From Bdellovibrionota bacterium (GTDB lineage: Bacteria; Bdellovibrionota_C; UBA2361; CALJRW01), in contig JBGSMD010000063.1 in assembly GCA_041740355.1 (NCBI GenBank), forward strand, positions 96,001-160,000: a stretch of DNA of 64,000 nucleotides. The letters run 5' to 3'. This document shows, one piece after another, positions 58,080-64,000 of the stretch; within the stretch, counting starts at the first letter, position 1, and each line of letters starts with the position of its first letter. The notes beneath the pieces are model-generated. The model searched no databases. It was not told where the DNA came from and saw only the letters and a list, made by a program, of their open reading frames with translations. The translations under genes and the position numbers were made by a program.

Positions 58080-59391
58080 TGTCCTTACTTGTAATATTTT
58101 TTAAGCTTATTGCTACAGTAACATAAAACCAAATTATCTCGGTGTGAAAAGTATTTACGAAAATGCTAGCTATTAAAAAGCCGATTAATCCAATCGGAAT
58201 AAAACTTATAATATTATCTAAGCGTTGTTCCGGGTACTTAATTCGAAGAATTTTTAAACTCGTGTAGTAATATTTAAAGCAAGTAAGAATAATCGCTAAA
58301 AATAAAAAAGTTCCTACAAATCCAATTTCTGCCAGAAGTTGAAAATACAAACTATGAACAGCTCTGTGTTCTCCATAAATACCATCACTAAAATCATATT
58401 CATGAAAGCGATCCTGATATTTCTCAATTCCAACTCCCCAAATTGGGTTATCCGTAGCCATCAGCCAAGCAACCTTCCAGAAGTGAATTCTTGATTTACC
58501 AGATTCATCTTCTTCTGGCTTATTAAATAGTGTTGATATCCTAGCTTGAAATGAATCAATAGTCTGGCGAACAGGGTTGTCAGTTTGGAAATCACGATCA
58601 AAGGAGTACTGCTCTAAACTGATAAATTGATTAGTGTCATAGGCATAATAGCCGAAGATAGCTAACATTAATAAAAGTGGAATCAAAAGCTTAACTCTTA
58701 TTTTTAATACTAACAGGATAATTACTGCTAACAAGGCCAGAAACCCACCACGGGAAAAAGTTAACATGATTGCTAGCGCTGTTCCGAAGGAAAGAAAAAG
58801 GCTAGCAAGCTTAAAGTACCAGCCTCGTGCTGAAAAAATTAATCCAATTGTTAAGGGTAATGCTCCGACAAGTACTGCTGCATAAATATTATTATCTCCA
58901 ATTCTCCCTGTTCCGCTAATTGATTGTGAGCCAGCAAAGAGTCCGAATACTCCATAATAAAATGCCAAGAAACTAATAATTACAGTAACAAAGGAAATGT
59001 AATATTTTAAATAAACACGATTAGGAATTACTATTGGACTAATGATTGCGACAAAAGCACTTTTTAAGAGAAATTCACTTGTATAGATCATAGCATTCCA
59101 TGTTTGGCTATGTTGAAAAGCCATGGAGAGCAGAATATGTACCAAAAATATTATTACCAACCAGGTCAGCGCATTCATGATAAATATTTTTTTATAATGC
59201 AAAAATGCGGTGACAACAAAAATAGCTCCAGCTATTAAGGAAAGCCTCGAACCTTCTAGGATTCCATATGTTAATTCCAAAGGTGAGAAAAAAGAGTACC
59301 AATGATAGAGTAGCATTCCCCAAAAAGGATTAAAGAGACTCGCGGTTGCTCCTAAACAGGTGAAAAGTACTACTAGGGAAGCTCGTAACAC
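58060..59391 (-). CDS. O-antigen ligase/polymerase-like protein (exosortase-associated O-glycosylation ligase type)
   Basis: PFWGMLLYHW, GDNN, TFSRGGFLAL, SRIHFW, NPIWGVG and HSLYFQLLAEIG. Confidence 0.85.
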   Translation of the reverse strand: MLRASLVVLFTCLGATASLFNPFWGMLLYHWYSFFSPLELTYGILEGSRLSLIAGAIFVVTAFLHYKKIFIMNALTWLVIIFLVHILLSMAFQHSQTWNAMIYTSEFLLKSAFVAIISPIVIPNRVYLKYYISFVTVIISFLAFYYGVFGLFAGSQSISGTGRIGDNNIYAAVLVGALPLTIGLIFSARGWYFKLASLFLSFGTALAIMLTFSRGGFLALLAVIILLVLKIRVKLLIPLLLMLAIFGYYAYDTNQFISLEQYSFDRDFQTDNPVRQTIDSFQARISTLFNKPEEDESGKSRIHFWKVAWLMATDNPIWGVGIEKYQDRFHEYDFSDGIYGEHRAVHSLYFQLLAEIGFVGTFLFLAIILTCFKYYYTSLKILRIKYPEQRLDNIISFIPIGLIGFLIASIFVNTFHTEIIWFYVTVAISLKNITSKDNENLNS

Positions 59392-59449
59392 CTAAATAAC
59401 TCCCAACTTAATAACTTCTTTGTTGCTTATAAGAATATAAAGATTTGTT

Positions 59450-59854
59450 TTAGTTCTCACGATAGATTTCTTGAAAGTTGCTTTGACTAAAGTCAATTAT
59501 TTGTCCTTGATCTTCAAGCCAGGCGTGAGCTTGGAACCCAGACTCTTGGTTAACCCCTAGTTTGATTTCCAAATTAGGGAAGGTATTTTTAAAAACCGTA
59601 AAAATTGCCAACGTCCAAACTAAGCAATTACTAAAAATTTCAAAAGTTGTATATATTCGATAAGTTAAATCCTGCAAAGCCTCAAACGAATATGCCTGTT
59701 TAGTAGTTTTCCGGGATATAATTCGAAACACACTTAACGTCTGTTGATAGCTAATAAGCTTAAGTGAAACTTTGATTAGCAAGGCGAAAAATAGCAGTCT
59801 GATTAGCAACTGCTTCTCAGGGAAGTTCCAAAAGTTTCTGATAAAACTGGTCAT
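59450..59854 (-). CDS. Lasso peptide B2-like transglutaminase-fold protease
   Basis: NCLVWTLA...IKLGV...FQAHAWLE, with Cys and His catalytic residues retained. Confidence 0.8.
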   Translation of the reverse strand: MTSFIRNFWNFPEKQLLIRLLFFALLIKVSLKLISYQQTLSVFRIISRKTTKQAYSFEALQDLTYRIYTTFEIFSNCLVWTLAIFTVFKNTFPNLEIKLGVNQESGFQAHAWLEDQGQIIDFSQSNFQEIYREN

Positions 59855-59970
59855 CTGATTTTATTAATAAAGAATACTAAAGTCTGAGAAGTAGCGTAAA
59901 AGAGAAGTTGCTTTTTTGACTCTTAATATGATGCTATGCTTTTCTTAACTTTCTGGACATATTAAAAACA

Positions 59971-60255
59971 ATGCTTATTAACTTAAACAGTAAAATTGAC
60001 CCCATTTCAGGAGTACACGTAAGCCAACTAAGTGATTCTGCGGTAGCACTCAATTTAAATAATGAAAATTATTATGGGTTAAATCCCACAGCTTTTAAAA
60101 TGTATCAAACCTTAATTGCCAGTAAGGATATAAGCGAAGCCCTAGATCAGCTAAGTGCTGACTTTTTAGTAGCGGAGGAAGAGCTAAAAACAGATCTACT
60201 AGATCTAATTACAGAACTAGAAACTAATGGCTTAATTTCAATTAGCCTAATTTGA
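59971..60255 (+). CDS. PqqD/RRE family protein (lasso B1-like)
   Basis: AVALNLNNENYYGLNPTA..LSADFLV....LKTDLLDLITELETNGLI. Confidence 0.9.
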   Translation: MLINLNSKIDPISGVHVSQLSDSAVALNLNNENYYGLNPTAFKMYQTLIASKDISEALDQLSADFLVAEEELKTDLLDLITELETNGLISISLI

Positions 60256-61838
60256 ATAGTTTTCTCTTTCTTCAATCAACCCGAATTAAGGACTGGCAAG
60301 AATTAATTGCTAGTGGAGTTCCTACTTACCAAAATTCTAATACTGCTATTTATTCTGAGCAACTACAAAAAACGCAAAATGGTTTTGTGGTTATTAATTC
60401 ACCTATTAATAAAGTTTTAAGCACAAATGATTTAAGCTCCTTTGCTATTCATGACCCATCCTTTCTAATTGGACTAGAAGCTGCAATTCTAAGTTACGAT
60501 TCTGTAACTCAAAAAACATTGATTGCCCGTGATTTTCCAGGTACTGAAACGATCTATTACTACCACACTAGTGAAGATTTAATAATTTCTGATAATTTCA
60601 AAGCTTTCCAAGATCTAAAACTAACAAAAGATTTATCAAAACTAAAAACCCTGGAATATCTCACTGCTGAATTTTCCAATTCCAACTTAACTCTTTGGGA
60701 AAAGATTTTAAAAGTTCTTCCTGGTGAAATTATTGAATTTGAGAATTTCCAAATCAAATCAAAAACTAAGTTACACCCAAAAGATCTTTTAAATTTAGCT
60801 CCCAGTAAGGCTGATTTAAACCAAACACTACAGCACTCTCTCCAGAAATATCATCCTCAAATTAACGCCGAACTTAGTGGTGGACTAGATTCCATGACAC
60901 TAGCCGACTTAACTTGGAAATTACTCGGCTCAGAGTCACTCAAAAGTTACTCGATCCTATTTCCTGAAATGATTTGTGATGAAACTTTGCAAATTAATAA
61001 CTTCTTACAACTTCGACCTCATCATAATCAAAAATTAAATTTTTCAATAATTGAGGCTAAGGAACTTCAAGCCTTAGCTTCAAAGATTGCTTACTTTCCT
61101 GATTATCCAAACAGCCTCTCCTCTGTCAGCTATCTTAAGAACTTGGCCAACAAAAACCAGGAAATATTAATTGATGGTTTTGGAGGTGATCAATTATTTA
61201 ATCTCTGGAAAACAAAAAAAGAATTTACTAGTTTTGACTATTTAAAATCAAAGTTATTAAATGATTTAAAGCTGCGAAAAATATTTAGAAAAAGAGTTTT
61301 CCCGTGGATTAATATTAATGCTGAGTGTCAGCTTCTGACTCATTTAAATTCTCATTCAGAAATTTATCCTAAAAATCTTAAGACTCATCAACTAGCAATG
61401 TTACAGCAGTTATTTTCTTCTGATTTTTCTGAGTATTTAGAATCTGCCTGTTTAGTTGCCAAAGCGCATGGTGCTTACCGTAGCCATCCCTATCTTCGCA
61501 AAGAAATAATCTCATTAGCTTTAAATCTTAACCTTAATGATTTAGCCAAGAAGCGTTTCTTGGGTAATAATCTTCAACAATCATTAGGTGCGAACTGGAA
61601 AGGGGCTAAAAAAGCTGACTTTTCAGAAACATTTATAGCTTACGCCCAACTACCAGATTACCTTCAAATGATCCTAAATGCTAAAAATCGCTTTAAAGAA
61701 CTAATTGACCTGCAATCATTTAAAGATTTAGCGCATCTTAAAAATCGTTCTAGCAAACAAGTACTTGTAAACTGGAACCTGATTGGGTTAGAAATGATTA
61801 TAGCTTCAAGCCACACTAATAACCTGAATTCGACATAG
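60252..61838 (+). CDS. Asparagine synthetase-like protein (lasso cyclase C-like)
   Basis: IARDFPG..IYY, ELSGGLDS, IDGFGGDQLF and HPYL. No N-terminal Cys of a glutamine amidotransferase. Confidence 0.8.
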   Translation: MNSFLFLQSTRIKDWQELIASGVPTYQNSNTAIYSEQLQKTQNGFVVINSPINKVLSTNDLSSFAIHDPSFLIGLEAAILSYDSVTQKTLIARDFPGTETIYYYHTSEDLIISDNFKAFQDLKLTKDLSKLKTLEYLTAEFSNSNLTLWEKILKVLPGEIIEFENFQIKSKTKLHPKDLLNLAPSKADLNQTLQHSLQKYHPQINAELSGGLDSMTLADLTWKLLGSESLKSYSILFPEMICDETLQINNFLQLRPHHNQKLNFSIIEAKELQALASKIAYFPDYPNSLSSVSYLKNLANKNQEILIDGFGGDQLFNLWKTKKEFTSFDYLKSKLLNDLKLRKIFRKRVFPWININAECQLLTHLNSHSEIYPKNLKTHQLAMLQQLFSSDFSEYLESACLVAKAHGAYRSHPYLRKEIISLALNLNLNDLAKKRFLGNNLQQSLGANWKGAKKADFSETFIAYAQLPDYLQMILNAKNRFKELIDLQSFKDLAHLKNRSSKQVLVNWNLIGLEMIIASSHTNNLNST

Positions 61839-61890
61839 GAATTCAAACACTTTGCTTATCTCGTAACGAATCTTAGGTCGAACTCAGGTT
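61821..61890. repeat. Imperfect inverted repeat (MITE/REP-like) overlapping the stop of the cyclase-like gene
   Basis: AACCTGAATTCGACATAGGAATTC...GAATCTTAGGTCGAACTCAGGTT. Confidence 0.6.
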
Positions 61891-61916
61891 AATAAAATTT
61901 AATATTTACTTTAACT

Positions 61917-62231
61917 ATGTTTATAACTAACACTGAGTTTATCCCCGGAAAGCAAATTGTAACAATGTTTGGACTTGTTTCTGGAAGCACGGTGAGATCA
62001 AAGCACGTTGGCAAAGATATTTTTGCGGGTTTAAAAAATATTGTTGGTGGTGAACTAAAAGCTTATACTGAGCTACTAAGTGAATCTCGAGAAGAAGCGA
62101 CAGCCAGGATGATCGCTGAGGCAAAGGATCTAGGTGCAAATGCTGTAGTTAATGTTCGTTATTCAACTTCCTCAGTTGCAGCTGGAGCTGCCGAACTTTA
62201 TGTTTATGGCACTGCCGTTTTTGTAGAATAA
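61917..62231 (+). CDS. YbjQ/UPF0145 family protein
   Basis: GKDIFAGLKNIVGGELKAYTELL..SREEA..RM and GANAVVNVRY. Confidence 0.93.
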   Translation: MFITNTEFIPGKQIVTMFGLVSGSTVRSKHVGKDIFAGLKNIVGGELKAYTELLSESREEATARMIAEAKDLGANAVVNVRYSTSSVAAGAAELYVYGTAVFVE

Positions 62232-62233
62232 AA

Positions 62234-62677
62234 ATGGAATTTATCATCCTAGCAGTTCTATTTTTTTCAGGTCTAATCTTTGGCACTCTTAATGAGCGTA
62301 AACATTATCGTTCAATTCACAAACGGGAAGCTGAATTAATTCAGAAACCAATTATTACTTTTGGGAAAAACTATAATCCTGAGTATCAAGATTATCATGG
62401 CGAGTTAGTCTCAGCGAATGTGGTAATTTCAATTGATTACTTTAAGAAATTTGTAGCTAATATTTCTAATCTAATAGGTGGAAGACTTGTTAGTTATGAA
62501 ACGCTCTTAGATCGTGCTCGCCGGGAAGCAATCCTACGCCTCAAAGAATCATGTCCCGAAGCAGATTTAATTATTAATACACGTCTGGAAACTTCTTCTA
62601 TTACCCAAGCTGGCAAGAACTCAGTTTCCTGTGTTGAAGTTTTAGCCTTTGGAACAGCTTTATATCGTGTTAATTAA
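62234..62677 (+). CDS. Membrane-anchored YbjQ-like protein
   Basis: N-terminal TM, IGGRLVSYETLLDRARREAILRLKE and EVLAFGTA. Confidence 0.85.
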   Translation: MEFIILAVLFFSGLIFGTLNERKHYRSIHKREAELIQKPIITFGKNYNPEYQDYHGELVSANVVISIDYFKKFVANISNLIGGRLVSYETLLDRARREAILRLKESCPEADLIINTRLETSSITQAGKNSVSCVEVLAFGTALYRVN

Positions 62678-62679
62678 TT

Positions 62680-63471
62680 GTGGGAATTACATATCAAGGG
62701 AAAATACCCACGCAAAATCATAATGTCAGTCAACAATCCTTAATTACCAAATCATTTCAAATAATTTTCAGCCTCTTTGCTTTTATTATTTTTTTCTCGC
62801 TGGCAATTTATTTTAGTCTTGGAATTTTTATTAGCTATGCTCCAATTAATTTTGGAAGAACTCTAGGTGAAACATTACTAAAAACTTTTGAAGCAGATAC
62901 CCTAAAAACTAAGTATCCCCAACAAGAACAAATCGAAGCAATCTTTAATAAACTAAAAGAAGCTTCTCCAGAATTAGAGAGTCTAGATTTAAGAATTATT
63001 AATAATCCAGATTTCAAAAATGCCTTTGCACTACCAGGTGGAATTATAATCATTGGAACAGGGCTCATAAAAGAACTTAGAAGTGAGCAAGAGATTGCCA
63101 TGATTCTTGGACATGAGATTGGTCATCAAGTAAATCGGGATGCCCTAAGAAGGCTATCTAAGGGAGTAATTTTCATGCTCTTTTACTCTAGCTTAGCCAT
63201 TAGTGGTGGGGAGGTTCCGGTTGCCTCTAGTCTTAATAATCTGCTGGATTTAAGTTTCTCCAGAAAACAGGAATTAAATGCCGATGAATATGGTTTAGGA
63301 CTGTTGCAACAAGCCTACAAATCACCTTCCGGTGCAGTCGAAGCTTTTGAATCAATCTTAAAAATTGAGCAGGACTCTAAAGTAAATAATTATTTAGATC
63401 TAAGCTTTCTTAAAACTCACCCAGATACTAACTACCGCATCAAAAAACTCAAAGAAATGGTTAAAGAATGA
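62680..63471 (+). CDS. M48 family zinc metallopeptidase
   Basis: NAFALPGG, LGHEIGH, FSRKQELNAD and THP..RI. Confidence 0.93.
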   Translation: MGITYQGKIPTQNHNVSQQSLITKSFQIIFSLFAFIIFFSLAIYFSLGIFISYAPINFGRTLGETLLKTFEADTLKTKYPQQEQIEAIFNKLKEASPELESLDLRIINNPDFKNAFALPGGIIIIGTGLIKELRSEQEIAMILGHEIGHQVNRDALRRLSKGVIFMLFYSSLAISGGEVPVASSLNNLLDLSFSRKQELNADEYGLGLLQQAYKSPSGAVEAFESILKIEQDSKVNNYLDLSFLKTHPDTNYRIKKLKEMVKE

Positions 63472-64000
63472 TCTCAAAGATTAAACTAAGTCCTTACTGG
63501 ATCTACTTAGTGTTATTTATATCTTCCTTTGCACTAAATACTAGCCTAGTACTTTATTTAAATCCCCAACCAGCTATTTATGATGAGTTTGCTTATTTAA
63601 TTGGAGCTGACTTATTTAGCCAAGGAAAAATTTGCGCCGAACAACATCCTTATTGGAAGCACTTTGAAGCTTTCATGATAATTAGCCAACCAGTCTATTG
63701 TTCTAAGTATTTACCTCTACAAAGTCTAATCTTAGCTCTTGGCCAAGTTCTATTTCAGAAACCAATTCTAGGCGTCTGTTTAATCTACGCCCTAACAGTC
63801 AGTCTGTCATTTTGGACTTTTCAAGCATTCCTAAGTAGAAAATGGGCACTAGTAGGAAGCCTCTTACTCCTAATTAATCCAACTTTAATTCATAATGTTT
63901 CTCTAACTTTTATGGGTAGTGCTGGCGCTTTATTAGGTAGCTTCTTAATCTTTGGAAGCTTCGGACGATTATTAGATAAACTTTCACTGCCCCCTTCAAT
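63468..64000 (+). CDS. Membrane protein, GT-C glycosyltransferase-like (3' truncated)
   Basis: Not in the ORF track. ATGA overlap with the M48 gene; MISKIKLSPYW..PQPAIYDEFAYLIGADLFSQG..HFE..YCSKYLP, several TM segments, open to the window end. Confidence 0.65.
   Translation, partial: MISKIKLSPYWIYLVLFISSFALNTSLVLYLNPQPAIYDEFAYLIGADLFSQGKICAEQHPYWKHFEAFMIISQPVYCSKYLPLQSLILALGQVLFQKPILGVCLIYALTVSLSFWTFQAFLSRKWALVGSLLLLINPTLIHNVSLTFMGSAGALLGSFLIFGSFGRLLDKLSLPPS

Noticed and set aside
59855-59970. Lasso precursor peptide between B2 and B1
   Set aside because: The gap is short and AT-rich with stops, and I found no ORF with a lasso leader and Gly/Ser/Cys core start.
4809-63101. Short antisense or alternative-frame ORFs inside nuoI, the helicase, metF, secA, iaaA, pilB, pilC, priA and others
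   Set aside because: They are shadow ORFs of well-supported genes with no independent motifs.

Overview
AT-rich bacterial chromosome segment with deltaproteobacterial-type gene content (Bdellovibrionota/Myxococcota-like; lineage is inferred). Most of it is housekeeping: nuoI, metF, rsmE, holA, mltB, tmk-holB-tRNA-binding domain-tatD, nuoB, secA, rpoH, priA, tRNA-Phe and tRNA-Trp. It also holds a Geobacter/Myxococcus-type type IV pilus locus (pilMNO; pilB-pilC-pilS/R-pilA; two TMTC-like glycosyltransferases; TPR+ABC module) and a surface-glycan cluster containing lasso-peptide-like B2/B1/C genes with no visible precursor. The best candidate for an undescribed system is at the left edge: an overlapping operon of a reverse transcriptase (5' end outside the window), a MATE/Wzx-like multi-TM protein and an exported SNase-like+PLD protein, followed by a ~130-nt structured RNA closed by a 10-bp terminal inverted repeat. 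Other notable items are an in-frame PilS-membrane/PAS::PilR-AAA+ one-component fusion, a pilin paralogue frameshifted by an 8-bp duplication, a hairpin array behind tRNA-Phe, and several dispersed palindromic repeat families. All calls come from reading the sequence; no database searches were run.
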